A stretch of DNA of 64,000 nt from Octopus sinensis. Lineage: Eukaryota. Below, one piece after another: positions 1-12,866 of the stretch (positions are counted from its first letter, which is position 1; each line of letters starts with the position of its first letter). The translations under genes were made by a program, and so were the position numbers. The stretch covers positions 35,030,001 through 35,094,000 of the forward strand of contig NC_043008.1 in assembly GCF_006345805.1 (NCBI RefSeq). The letters are read 5' to 3'. Below the pieces are notes generated by a model. That model searched no databases. It had not been told where the DNA came from and saw only the letters and a list, made by a program, of their open reading frames with translations.

Positions 1-168
1 AGCTTCATCAGTAGAAAATCTAGCACAATCATTAAAGCGTTGATAAAGTGCCTTGCTGTATTTATTCCGACTCTTTACGTTCTGTGTTCTAATCTTACCA
101 ATTGTTCGAATGGCATCCCAGCTATGTTCATTCATTTCTTCTAGCTTTAGGACACTTTGTATCCAGAA

Positions 169-383
169 TTATTTTCTACTCTAGGCACAAGGCCCCAAAT
201 TTTTGGGGTGGGGCCCAGTCGATTAGATCGACCCCAGTACGCAACAGGTACTTAATTTATCGATCCCGAAAGGATGAAAGGCAAAGTCGACCTCGGCGGG
301 ATTTGAACCCAGAACGTAAAGACTGACGAAATACTGCTAAGCATTTCACCCGGCGTGCTAACGTTTCTGCCAGCTCGCCGCCT
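169..383 (-). mobile_element. SINE family A (tRNA-derived head), near full length
   Basis: Minus strand reads AAGGCGGCGAGCTGGCAGAAACGTTAGCACGCCGGG..GGGTTCAAATCCCGCCGAGGTCGACTTTGCCTTTCATCCTTTCGGGATCGATAAATTAAGTACC, with A/B-box-like motifs; more than 10 homologous copies in the window. Confidence 0.9.
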
Positions 384-516
384 TTCTTCGGTTGTTTAAC
401 CCAAGGTAAATCCTAACTAAGCAGATCTATGGTAAAATCCATTCCAGCCATGACCACCTCGTCCACTGCTTGCCCAGGACTATCGTACCTAATTTGTCCC
501 CAACATTTTCATTTAT

Positions 517-695
517 CTTTTATTTGTTTCAGTGATCGGGCTGCGGCCATGCTGGAGCACTACTTTGAAGGATCATAGTCGAACAAATCGATCCCAGTAC
601 TAACTTTGCTTTAATCCTGGTACTTATTCTATCGGCATCTTTTGACGAACTGCTAGATTATGGGGACGCAAACAAAGCAACACCAGTTGTCAACT
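517..695 (-). mobile_element. SINE family B, 3' part
   Basis: Matches the 3' end of the young B copy at 20157-20564 (..GCTCCAGCATGGCCGCAG..CACTGAAACAAATAAAAAG). Confidence 0.75.
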
Positions 696-699
696 TGCT

Positions 700-865
700 A
701 ATTTATACACACACACACATTCATATGTATATATACAATGTATATATATGTATGTAAACACACACACACATATATATTATATATATATACACACACACAC
801 ATATAAGTATACATATATATATATATATATACATATATATATACACACACACACATATAAGTATA

Positions 866-903
<38 letters not shown>

Positions 904-975
904 AACATGTGCATATATATATATATGAATATATATACATGTATATATGTATGTATATATGTGAAGATATATATA
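700..975. repeat. Compound (TA)n/(CA)n microsatellite
   Basis: Seen directly; source of the YI/THT ORFs. Confidence 0.95.
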
Positions 976-1283
976 GTGTTTAATCCTACCTATATTTAGA
1001 TTGAATATTGTTGTAAATAGGGTAAATGTGTTTGAAAGTTGTGGGCTTTTTTGGTATGTTTGTTCCCAAACAACACTTCTTTTAGTACTGTTGACACCGC
1101 CGGATTGAATGGTACTGCCCAGGTGTCGAAACAATAATGATATCCGTGGGACAGCTGATGATGGAGGTATGTTGGATTGTTGGTATGGCTGTTTTTGTAT
1201 ATGTGGAATAGTGTTATACATACGTACGCACGTACATACATACATACATACATACATACATACATACATACATACATACATAA

Positions 1284-1314
<31 letters not shown>

Positions 1315-2054
1315 CATATACACACACATACGCAAATATATTGACTAAAAGATCAATTTTCGCAAGTGAAATATGCATATCGCTCTGTACGACTGCAACG
1401 ATGAAAGTAAGTTTTTTTGTCCCTAACAGGATATATTCAAGAATCATGGACCCGATATTTATAGAAAATATTATTTGAGAATCACATCCGTAAAAATTAT
1501 CCTGCAGGTCCCTAGGTTATAAAACTTGACAATGCTTTGCACAGCTTTTTGTATAAAATGTTATTTTCATTAATGTGTGCACCAGAAGCTATAAAGTCTA
1601 GACGTCGTTATGCTCACATTTGTTTTGTCATATTTAAGAAACAAGCAAGCAACATCAGTTTGAAGCGGAAAGATCAAACATATATTATGAATGAGGAGCT
1701 TAGACAGGGAAATGGTAATTTCTGTACGCATGAGCATATTGTTCCCGGAACGGAAACACCCACGTTTGTACCTATGTACATACACAACTATACAGACACA
1801 CGCCTAGTCATACGCATACACAGAGGTAGGCGCATACTGGAAAACATATTGTGACTTGTCGTATGTATTGCGGATGTAAGAAAGATAACATCACTATTAT
1901 ACAGATAGTGCAAAAACACTGTTTTTATTATATTGAGTGTGTGTGTGTGTGTGTATGTGTACACGTACATATATTTACATACACATCTTTAAATACATAT
2001 ACGAATGTAAACTCGGTACCTATATTGCATAAGCATAATTACGTATGTATGTAT

Positions 2055-2063
2055 GAATATACA

Positions 2064-2095
<32 letters not shown>

Positions 2096-2122
2096 ATATA
2101 CATATAATATATATATTATATA

Positions 2123-2168
<46 letters not shown>

Positions 2169-2228
2169 CATATATATATTATATATATATACATATATAT
2201 ATATATTACATATATATATACTTATATT

Positions 2229-2283
<55 letters not shown>

Positions 2284-2400
2284 TAATATATACATATATA
2301 TATATATATGTATATATATATACATATATATATATATATAATAATATATATATATATATATATATATAAACATATACATACACTCACATATATAAGTATG
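2055..2400. repeat. (TA)n microsatellite
   Basis: Seen directly. Confidence 0.95.
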
Positions 2401-3015
2401 TACATATACAATTATTCATAATCTACACAATCTACATATATGTATGCATACATTCATACATACATACAGAAAGACAGACAGGCAGACAGACATATAGATC
2501 TATCAATATATGTTTATAGGAACGGATAGGAAAAGACAGAAACCCATAAAAGCTAAAATACAACAAAATACACACAAAAAAAAAGGAAGTTGAACCGCCA
2601 TCCTGAAGTTTTCCAATGACTGTAAACTATATTTTCTTCTGTAGATAATCTCTTAATAGAATAAAGTCTTTGCTCATTCTACTTAAGCGAAATTCTATTA
2701 ATCCCTTTATTGTATTATGTTATTGTTGCTACTAGAGTACTAAGCCCCATGTAAGTACAACTCAGAGGAATAAAATACCAATATATTCTTCTGTTATATA
2801 GCTTCTCTGGCGTAAACATTCTGATGTTGTCTTCCATTGCTATGCGTCTGCCTCAACCGGTGTTTGTTATCTGGCCGGAAACGTCATTGATGGAAATACA
2901 CATGTGTATACTAATACAAACATAGTCATATGAAAAACAAGACTGCCACGGAAGGACGCTGAAAAACAGGTGAGATCGTAAACAGAAAGCGCACAGAAAT
3001 ACGTACATAGCCCCA

Positions 3016-3143
3016 TGTATGTATGTATGTATGTATGTATGTATGTATGTATGTATGTATGTATGTATGTATGTATGTATGAGTGTATGTGTGTATGTAT
3101 GTATGTATGTATGTATGTATGTGTGTGTGTGTGTATGTATGTA

Positions 3144-3176
<33 letters not shown>

Positions 3177-3645
3177 GTGTGTGTGTGTGTATGTATGTAT
3201 GAATGTATGTATGTATGTATGTATGTATGTATTTATGTATGTATGTATGAATGTATGTATGTATGTATGTATGTATGTATGTATGTATGTATGTATGTAT
3301 GTATGTGTGTATGTGTGTGTGTATTTATGTATGTATGTATGTATGTGTGTATGTATGTATGTATGTATGTATGTATGTATGTATGTTTGTATGTCTGTAT
3401 GTATGTATGTATGTATGTATGTATGTATGAATGTATGTATGTATGTATGTGTGTATGTGAGTATGTATGTATGTATGTATGTATGTATGTATGTATGTAT
3501 GTGTGTATGTATGTATGTATGTATGTATGTATGTATGTGTGTATGTATGTATGTATGTGTGTATGTGTGTATGTATGTATGTATGTATGTATGTATGTAT
3601 GTATGTATGTATGTATGTATGTATGTACGTACGTATGTATGTATG

Positions 3646-3678
<33 letters not shown>

Positions 3679-3830
3679 GTGTATGTATGTATGTATTTAT
3701 GTATGTATGTATGTATGTGTATGTATGTATGTATGTATGTATGTATGTATGTGTGTATGTATGTATGTATGTATGTATGTGTATGTATGTATGTATGTAC
3801 GTACGTATGTATATATGCATAGACTTACGC
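3016..3830. repeat. ~800 bp imperfect (TATG)n array
   Basis: Seen directly; explains the 332/267/213 aa MYVC/HTYI ORFs. Confidence 0.97.
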
Positions 3831-3954
3831 ATATGTGTATATATATCTTTAAATACGTATACGAATGTAAACACGGTGCTTATATTGCATAAACGTAAGA
3901 ATACTTATGCATGTACGTATGTATTTATGTTTTGCATATGTATATATTTATACA

Positions 3955-3993
<39 letters not shown>

Positions 3994-4009
3994 ACACACA
4001 CACACACAG

Positions 4010-4158
4010 ATGACAGACTCCCGGACAATTTTCGTCTACCAAATTTACTAGGCATTGGCCCCGGTTCGGTTGCTATGGTAAAAATGCCTCGCTGTGGGAC
4101 TGAACTCCTAACAATGTGGGTGCAAAGTAACCTTCTTAACTACACGGCCATACCTGCT
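4010..4158 (-). mobile_element. SINE family B, 5' part (degraded)
   Basis: Plus strand TGGGACTGAACTCCTAACAATGTGG..CTTAACTACACGGCCATACCTGC is the reverse complement of the B head. Confidence 0.7.
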
Positions 4159-4160
4159 CA

Positions 4161-4239
<79 letters not shown>

Positions 4240-4489
4240 GTCTGTCTGTATCTACACTTCTATATTGTCTTGTACTCTTCTCTCCTTCCCTTGCACTGTT
4301 TATGTCTATGTAGTCAATGTAAGCAGATTTGAGTGTCAAATATGGCTGCTTATCTGCATGTCATATGCCTGAAAGTACGACCGTATCCTTCACAGCAGGA
4401 CTTTCTCTATCGGAAGCCTAAATTGGTGGAAAGGTCCAGAGTTTTTAAGACCAGCAAAAAAATTGCCGGTTTTGTAGTACAGTAGTACA

Positions 4490-4535
<46 letters not shown>

Positions 4536-4625
4536 GTGGTGATGACGACGACGACAAAGACGACGATGAAGATGAGGATAAGGCAGATGTTGGCGATAAT
4601 GATGACAACGAAGATGATGATGGTG
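4490..4625. repeat. (GAT/GAC)n trinucleotide repeat
   Basis: Seen directly; gives the poly-M/poly-S/poly-I ORFs. Confidence 0.9.
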
Positions 4626-5511
4626 GCACAGATATTTTTTATGAGGTTCCTTAATGTGTTTTCTGATATACCACCAAACCTGTTTTTCGAAAATAGAATT
4701 ATTCCCCTACGCCTTGTCTCCATTAATATATTGATGTTTTCTATTTTATTCGCATCTATTTTTTCATTTTTTCATAACCCAACCAATTGTTTTTCAAAGA
4801 TATCTCATTCGTTCATAAATTTATTTCACCACTTATCTCCGTTCTGAAATCTCTCCCCGCCATTTGAGTTTTGTGCTTCTTCATTTGGGAGTTTCTTTCA
4901 TACAGTCTTTCATTAGATTTTTCTTCTAAAGTGAAAGCTGCTTTCCACTAAATTCTTCGCAAAAAAGAAAAAAAAGAAATGTTTCAGAATTCTAGAACTA
5001 TCCTTACTGACAAGATGTCCGAACTAGCGCGTTTGATTTCATCGAATACGGTACCCATTATTAGCTGTGACAGATGTTTCCGGCATAGAACTCTCTAGCG
5101 ATATCTTGAGAAGCGAGCATTAACAATTCTGTTGGAATCTCTCAATAACTTTTCCATTCCGACAAGTATATGTTCACGTTTAGAATGAATATAAAATTTC
5201 TGGAAGATTATTGGGAATAAATTTACAATAAAGATAAAATTTTTGTTTTAAGTGCTAGATCATGATCTGACGAGACTCATTTTTTTTTCGAATTTTCCAA
5301 AAGCTATAATACATTTCTTACTCTAGCATTTATTTCTAACTCTATTAAAGTATTCATATTAATATGAAACCCATGATACTCAAATGATCCGATATCTCAC
5401 CAGTTTCCGAGGATATAAATATTGTGATCGATGTAAGAATATCCTGTTACTAACTATTAAGCTTAGTACAAGGTGTATTTTAAAGAAGGGGTCTGTAAAC
5501 TTTTGTATTAT

Positions 5512-5730
5512 ATTTACACTTTCAAGATTAACTGATGTAAATGAGTGGTTAGCCCCACAAATTTCAAAACATTGTCCATAAAATAAACCTGGACGGTTAG
5601 AATGCAAGTTTCTTTGGTTGAGTAGAACTGGAGTTGCATCTACTTGAATTCTTAGAAATGGAACAGTTCAGGAGTGGATTTTGTCAGTAGATGAAATAAT
5701 TATTCGAGTATTTCTTTTTATTGGGAGAAT
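5512..5730 (-). pseudogene. COX2: Nuclear mitochondrial insertion (NUMT) of the cox2 C-terminal CuA domain
   Basis: 73 codons in the invertebrate mitochondrial code: [76 protein letters not shown] (5670-5668) falls at the Trp of HSW, and the CxExCGxxH motif is present. Normally invariant residues are altered (PGRLN>PVLLN, HSFMP>HSFTS). Confidence 0.93.
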
Positions 5731-6084
5731 TAAATGTTGATTTGCTTTCCAAAGACGGAATAATCCATCGTTCGTTTAAGGGGATTGATTATTTAAGAAT
5801 CACATTCAAAAGTCAGAACATTTGTGTCTTCGGGGTGGACATCACAACATCATCCGCAATAAGTATGTTGGACCGTGTATATAAACGAGGTACATATATT
5901 TCTTTTGTTTATGACGGAGGTTTGATAAAAAAAAAACCATAATAGATTACTCAGCAATAAATGAATCATCTCGACGTTCTTTGGAAATGGAACGAACGGT
6001 AGATCCAGCGACACCAAACTCGTTGGTCACAGCAGCGTCACGATTTCCTTGGCCATCTCTTCCTTTTCTTATAAGGAATATACT

Positions 6085-6230
6085 CGTCTGCGTCATTTGT
6101 GATGAATAGGAACCTTCGTATTATTTCTCTTCATTGGCCCTATGTCGATGGGTACAAGGACGTAAATCCGTATAAAAAGTAGGCAGCGTCCCGGCTCTGT
6201 CATGTAAACACAAGTGATTGTCAGTGCATT
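6085..6230 (+). promoter_or_regulatory. Candidate Pol II core promoter (CRE/AP-1-like site, CCAAT, TATA)
   Basis: TGCGTCA 6089-6095, ATTGG 6133-6137 and TATAAAAA 6171-6178 in canonical order and spacing, within a locally CpG-richer, non-repetitive block. Short motifs only. Confidence 0.3.
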
Positions 6231-6425
6231 CTGGGTGGTCGCTGGGGCGCATTTTTGCGGTACACACAGTTTGCCGAAACGTAAAATGGTTCACAATTGA
6301 ACGTACCTTATCGCGGATCAGTGATGAATGAATTAGTGATAGTCGCGACTACATGTAGGCGGATAATTTTACAGAGAGAATATAGTTACCGGTATTAGAT
6401 TTCTCAAGAGAGCGTGTTAAAATAT

Positions 6426-6611
6426 TGGCTTCAAATTTTGGCACAAGGCCAGCAATTTTGGAGAGGGGGTAAGTTAATCACATCTACCTCAGTGCTCAAC
6501 TGGTACTTATTTTATCGACCACAAAAGATGAATGGTAAAGTCGACCTCAACGGAATTTGAACTCAGGATGTGAAAGACGAAATGGCGCTAAGAATTTTGT
6601 TCGGCGTGCTA
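6426..6611 (-). mobile_element. SINE family A (older copy)
   Basis: Homologous to 169-383 (GGTAAAGTCGACCTCAACGGAATTTGAACTCAG on the plus strand). Confidence 0.8.
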
Positions 6612-8996
6612 TGTCCCACTATGGCCCACTATAAAGGGAAGTAAACCTGATGCTTTGAAAACATATCAACGTTTCATATTTTGTGCGTGCTAGTGGAAGT
6701 AAGTCAAATCTATTTACTCTCTCCAAGTATCTTTCATATGAACCTTTAAGAGATAAAGAAATGCTTTGTATAGCAGATGGTGTTTCCCACTATATCATAA
6801 CACTAATTGTCTTGTGAATAAAATGTCATTTGCATCTTTAGAACCCTTGTGACGCAGGCATTAGTTTAGAAGTTGTTAAACGAATTGAGGGGAAAAAAAT
6901 TTCTGAAGGAAGTTTTCCTTCTAGAACGAAAGTAATTCTGAAACTTCAGTATTTACCATCACGCTTCTAAATGATCCGAAAATAAACACAGTCCTAATAA
7001 TCATATATAAAGCACTATTTTACTATAGTTCAGCTTATATACCTTTATATCCGATAACTCTAAACGTTTTGAATTTATCTGAGAGCACTTATTAACTTGA
7101 TTTTTTTGTTGTTATTTCTGTTGTTACTAGGAACAGAATCCAGTTAATTAAGCGAGTTATCTCTTTAACAAGCGAGTTAATATAGAACCCACGTGTTAAA
7201 TGTTACGTCCAATGATTCATTAAAAGTTATTTAATGAGATTAGTTTTCTTTTGTCCTGAGATGACTTTGAACCGCTTTCGGTATTGAGGCCTTGGCTTGG
7301 GAGTCCATGAGTTTTGAGGAATGTGGAACCACACCTTAGCCACTATTGACCTATCATATGTCAGGGCCCCAGCTATGGCTTAACAAGTATTTTATGGAAG
7401 GAACTGCAAGCATAAATCGTTACTGCTTTGTGAGTGCCTTGGGAAAGAAAATGGTTAGCGGAGTTAACCTCGACAGCAAACCAAGGAAGGCAGTCCATTA
7501 GACGGTTCTTGCCTTCTTTAACACCCTTTCAACAACTCCAGTCGGGGTGGAGCTATCCGGCCCTGTAAATCTACCTAGGAAAAGGACACTCTCATGTAAA
7601 ACCCACAGTTGCTAGTCACCGCAGCCGTCTTATCCGCTGAGCCATTGTCATCAGATCTCTAAGTCTAAAGAGTGAGATCGGATTGCGCTGGACTGATTCT
7701 CATTGTAAAAGTACAAATCACAGACAAGAAGAAAAGAAGAAAAGCTCTGTAACCTCAAAGATCGGTTTACAAAGGCACTTGAGAGTGTGCAACTCTTTCT
7801 CATGATCTCCGGACACGAATAGATTATTATAAATTTTCCTTTTGTAATGAGAATTGAATAGAAAAAAAATGTGGAGCAAATACGTTTTGCAAGTGATCGT
7901 ATATAACCTTATAGACTCTCCTGCGAATAACTGCCTGAATTTCAGGAAACCTTTTTGACTCTACATTAAGTTTCAAAGTTCCGAGTTCATAATGAAAGGC
8001 CAATACTTGCCCTCGAGGAAATTCTCAACATGTCATTAATAACGAGAGATTTAGATTTGGCATTTTTTTTTGTTAGAAGTGACGCTTAATTTGTAACCTC
8101 GCTATTTTCATTTGACACATTTCTATTTCTTTTATTCACTTTCACATTCAGAACTAGGATTCTATAGATTATTTCGTTAGCCTTTTCTTTGAAAACCATC
8201 AAATGTATGATGAACTGAGTTTCTACGTCGGTGTTTCTGAGATTGAATGCTATAAAAAAAATATATCAGCATAGAAATATCAAGACTAGAGAACAGAAAT
8301 TTTGATTTTTACGAACCGTTAAATCACTATTCAAAATTTACAAATTCACTGTCAGCGAAGCAGATGATGCCACGAACAGCAGCGCATATTCTAATTCTTC
8401 TTAAATCTTTCATATGCAACTTTCGAACAATGCTGTAGTTCATAAAATATCGCATTCTTAACTGCGGGTGTATCGAAGTTACTTTGCCTATGAAACATTG
8501 ATGAGAATATGTATTAACGACTGATTATTGAAGATCAGAGTTGCAGAGGGCGTTAGCATTCATTCTGCTAATACCAGTTCGACTGTGATAATTCCGTACT
8601 TCTCAATATCTCTGTAAGCCAGCATTGAAATTCCTTATGATGTTCATCTTCATCTCAATGAATTTAAATTTAAATGGTATATCTTAAGCTCTCATAAATC
8701 TATAAAACCATTTCAATGGCTTCCATGCCGGAAAACTAAACGCATAAAAGTTTAGAATGATGTTCAGAGTCCAGAGTTTCATGATTCTAACCATTGATAC
8801 CAATTCGAATTGCATCAAGTCGATATGCTAACCATGAATGAAGAGCAAATCCCACTAAAACATCATATCGCATCTCTCATTTATATTATATTATATTGTT
8901 ATATTATATCATGCTATATTAAATTATATTATGTTATATAATGTTATATTATATTATATTATGTTATATTATGTTATATTACATATATTTCCCAAG

Positions 8997-9164
8997 AGGC
9001 TTAGGTGCGCTGTGTGGTAAGAATTTGCTTCTCAACCTCATGGTTCTGGTTTCACTGCCACTGCATGCTACCTCTGGCAAGCGGTTTCTACTATAGCCTC
9101 GGAATGACCAAAGTGCATTTGATAGAAGGAAACTAAAAGAAGCCCGACATATATATATATATTT

Positions 9165-9213
<49 letters not shown>

Positions 9214-9315
9214 TGTGTGTGTTCCTGTTTGTGTTTGCCCCAAACTACGCCTGGCAACCAGTGTTTGGTCTGTTTACGTCTGCTTAACTCATCAGAGACC
9301 GATAGAATACGATTC
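8997..9315 (+). mobile_element. SINE family B with internal (TA)n(TG)n tract
   Basis: GCTGTGTGGTAAGAATTTGCTTCTCAACC..CTACTATAGCCTCGG..GAAGCCCGAC-(TA/TG)n; colinear with 12622-13088 and 20157-20564. Confidence 0.8.
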
Positions 9316-10154
9316 CACGAAGTAACATCGAAACTGAAAGCATATGATTGCAAAGGTAAGGTGTAAATTTCACAGCCATCCCTTTCGTTCGTATCAAGGT
9401 ACGTCATCGTCTCATAACGACTAGTTACTTGCATCAAACATCAACGACTCTTCGAGCATTAGTCACGACACTTCACTCCCTTCTTGTCCTTGTACCTGAG
9501 TGCAGTGGTCTACGGGAATTATCTCCCTTAGCTTTTTAAGCCTTTCAAATGCAACTCGTGTTTTCGAAATTTTCGATATAAAAATAATTTCACTGTTACG
9601 TTTATAGACTTCTCTCTTTCTTTGATGAGCTACTGAACAAATTAGAGACCCCGAAGCAGTTCATAGTTGTGGGTAGCAAAGATAAAACAATTGACATAAT
9701 AGGTTGAGACAAAAAGAAATAGAAAAATGAGGCGATGGGAAAATGGAGGTCGGTTCAATTTTTTAAAACGAAAATAAATAAAAAAAACGTTGCGGGTGTT
9801 GTTGTTGGATGCAGCAGTGGTGATGGTATATAGGTAATACTATAAATATGTACTTAGAAGTTGTTCACTAGGAAAGAGTTGGCGAATCCAAAGTAGCAGC
9901 CGCTAGGTTAATATAGATTAAACGTACAGTAATATTCCTATATAAAAAAAAAAGTTACTATAGACGGTGGTATTACTTCTCTCTTCTTTCTCTTTATCTG
10001 TTCGTTTCCGTTACTGCACATTTTCAAAGAGAAACTTCTCTTTTCAATATCTCTGATTCTGTTCCTTCTCGTATATTTCTACCGCGGCCATCTTACGGCG
10101 GCTGTGTTTAGTTTTTGAAGGATGATCAAACGTAAGAGTAGTGTATGAGGAAGG

Positions 10155-10340
10155 AAACAGAGAGAGAGAGAGAAAGAGAGAGAGAGAGGAGAGGGAGAGA
10201 GGGAGAGAGATTGAAAGCGAGAAAGAAAAGAGAAAAGTGATTAAAAGAAAGAATGAGAGAGAGAAAGAAGAGAGCGAAGAGAGAAAGAAAGAAGAGAGAG
10301 AAGAGACAAAGAAAGAAGAAAGAGAAATGCGAAACAGAGA

Positions 10341-10382
<42 letters not shown>

Positions 10383-10395
10383 CAGAGAGAGGAGG
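10155..10395. repeat. GA-rich polypurine tract
   Basis: Seen directly; explains the E/R/K-rich and L/S/F-rich ORFs. Confidence 0.9.
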
Positions 10396-10696
10396 GACGG
10401 GATAAGAGGGTAAATATCTACTTACAAAGTATAAGATTTCTCCCCTTTTCTTGGAGGAGGATGGGGGAAATGGAAAAATTAATTGCAGAGAAAACATTTT
10501 GAAAAAGTTCATATTGTTGGTGATATTTCTCTTTCGTTAATTCTTTTAGCTCTCTTTCTCCCCCTCTCTCTTGTTCTCCCTCCCTACCTTCCTCTCCCCC
10601 TTTCCCTCTATATATATGTACGTATATAAAATCTTTGCATACGTGTAACCAAGTAAGCACACAGTTCACACGCATGCACACTGACCCACACATTTG

Positions 10697-10754
<58 letters not shown>

Positions 10755-11329
10755 ACGAACACACACACATACATACATACATACATATATACATACACAT
10801 TTTATTGATAGAGTGGTAGATAGATAGATAGATAGATAGATAGACAGACAGACATACAACAGCGCACACACTCACACCCACACATCTCTCGTATATATAT
10901 AGAGAATATATCGCTGTTGAGCAAGAACAGATGGTAGGAAGCATGCAGACCGATGATTGATCAACTGATCCACTATCAAACAATAATAGACCAGTGCAGC
11001 AGGCACCGTGGATTAAAGTAGAGTTCAGTGTTGGAAGCAACAGGTGCAGTGTTCCTTTAGATTACAGACATTCAAATAACACCAGCTGGTTCCACTGCCT
11101 CAGGAAGTTTACAGTGAATGCGAACAACACTTCGACATCTTACTTTGAACTATTGCCTCGATTTATTGAATATCCTCTCAGTTTCTCCGTATTGAGGTTC
11201 AAGAAAGCAATTCAAGATAGTTGTTTCAGTTTCTGTGTAGATATAAATATTGATCCACGCGAATATACTGCAGTCGTTTCAGTTTCGACATAATCTCAGA
11301 TCAAATCACTAGCTTGGTAAGCATACCAT

Positions 11330-11518
11330 GACTGTATAATTCAGACATGCTTTTTTTCTGCATCTTTTTTTTTCTCTCTCCTCATCTATCCTTTCTGTAA
11401 AAGAGTGTAGGTTCGAAACGTTAAAAACATTTTCCATTTTACCTGCTCGATAATCGAATACACACTGTTTAATGTTCTTTCACCTCGTCTTTGTGCTTAT
11501 CTTTTTTTTTCTTTTGAG

Positions 11519-11520
<2 letters not shown>
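11330..11520 (+). mobile_element. Penelope-LTR-like module H1 with degenerate hammerhead (11391-11426)
   Basis: CTTT CTGTAAA A GAGT GTAG GTTC GAAA CGTT AAAA; homologous to the modules at 15125, 49215 and 57345. Confidence 0.6.
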
Positions 11521-11557
<37 letters not shown>

Positions 11558-11574
11558 CATATATATAGACGTAC

Positions 11575-11740
11575 TGATGGGTTTCTTTCAGTTTCCGCCT
11601 CCCAAATCCACTCACAAGACATTGATAAGCCCGCGGCTTTAGTAGCGGACCCTTGACCAAGGTTCCATACAGGGAAATTGAACCCAAAATAATGCAGATG
11701 GCAAGCAAACGCCTGACCATACAGTTATAGCTGTGTCTTT
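11575..11740 (-). mobile_element. SINE family B, 5' part
   Basis: Plus strand TTTCTTTCAGTTTCCGCCTCCCAAATCCACTCACAAG.. is the reverse complement of the B body. Confidence 0.7.
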
Positions 11741-12450
11741 ACATTTATGTATGTGTGTGAACTGTGCCTTTATATTTACGTACGTGTGTGTGTGTACGTG
11801 TATGTATGGCCGCGTGCGAGTATATGTGTTGGTATGTATTGAAGAGTGCTGGAGAGAGTTCTGTTGTCTGTGGCTCGATATTGTCTTGCAACAGTTGCAG
11901 TAAAAATATTCAAATTTCTTTTCACTCTTACTGCTTATTCATTTATAACAATAACAGACAACTTTTCCTGGGCCTCAAGGAAAGAGATTTCGATATTCTG
12001 TATTGAGTTCGTACATACATAGATAATGTTACTTATATAAACACCATCCTGTGGTTATTAGCTATGTGACTAGCATTCTCTTCTTTTCAATTAGCTTTAT
12101 CTCTTCTCCTAATAAATTGCTAGTATATATAACATCCATTCTCTTAGACTTTCCTAATGCAAGTTGGCCAGATTACACCAAATTTCCGCCAATAATATAT
12201 TACGCCAAGATTAAGCCGTAAAACCTTCATTTCATTACGTCCTGTATTAACCTCAAACGAACTTATTCATCTCTGATCTGAGGATAACTCACACCCTCAT
12301 GTACATCCGCATATCTTCGTGCTTTATTCTCCACAATTATACAGATGGCAAGAAAGAAAAGAGAATCGGTCGAAATGTTGACTTGAAATTTCATTTCTAA
12401 CTTATCGTCAACGATTTTATATTTTGCTCTACGGTGCCCACGCCAAAATC

Positions 12451-12512
<62 letters not shown>

Positions 12513-12621
12513 CATTAGTGTCTCTGTCTGCTTGCGTGTATATATGTGTGTTTCGTTTCTTTATAATACACACGCGCGCGTGCGCACGCACACACGCGCA
12601 CACACGCACATATACACACGT

Positions 12622-12784
12622 ACATAGCTGTGTGGTTAGAAGCTTGCTTCCCAACCGCATGGTTCCAGGTTCAGTCCCAGTGCGTGGCACCTTGGGCAAG
12701 TGTCTTCTACTATAGCCTCGGGCCGACCAAAGCCTTGTATTTGGCTGACAGAAACTGAAAGAAGCCCGTCGTAAGTATATATAT

Positions 12785-12821
<37 letters not shown>

Positions 12822-12828
12822 GTATATA

Positions 12829-12866
<38 letters not shown>

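Noticed and set aside
1095-1135. [13 protein letters not shown], resembling the RTE FKYLGSxIQSxG motif
   Set aside because: The similarity is limited to ~12 residues and the flanks do not continue the RT pattern; too weak to call.
3015-4013. Longest ORFs in the track (332, 267, 213 aa; also 17750-18682 and 62333-62927)
   Set aside because: They are translations of (TATG)n/(TG)n/(TA)n tracts that lack stop codons, with no domain, codon or splice evidence.
4445-4847. Poly-Met/poly-Ser/poly-Ile ORFs
   Set aside because: Caused by a (GAT)n repeat.
5380-5607. Functional nuclear-encoded COX2
   Set aside because: It needs the mitochondrial code (TGA=Trp), lacks the N-terminal transmembrane helices and a targeting exon, and has lost conserved residues.
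12050-12340. Faint RTE C-terminus-like residues on the minus strand
   Set aside because: Too many stops and too few identities to support.
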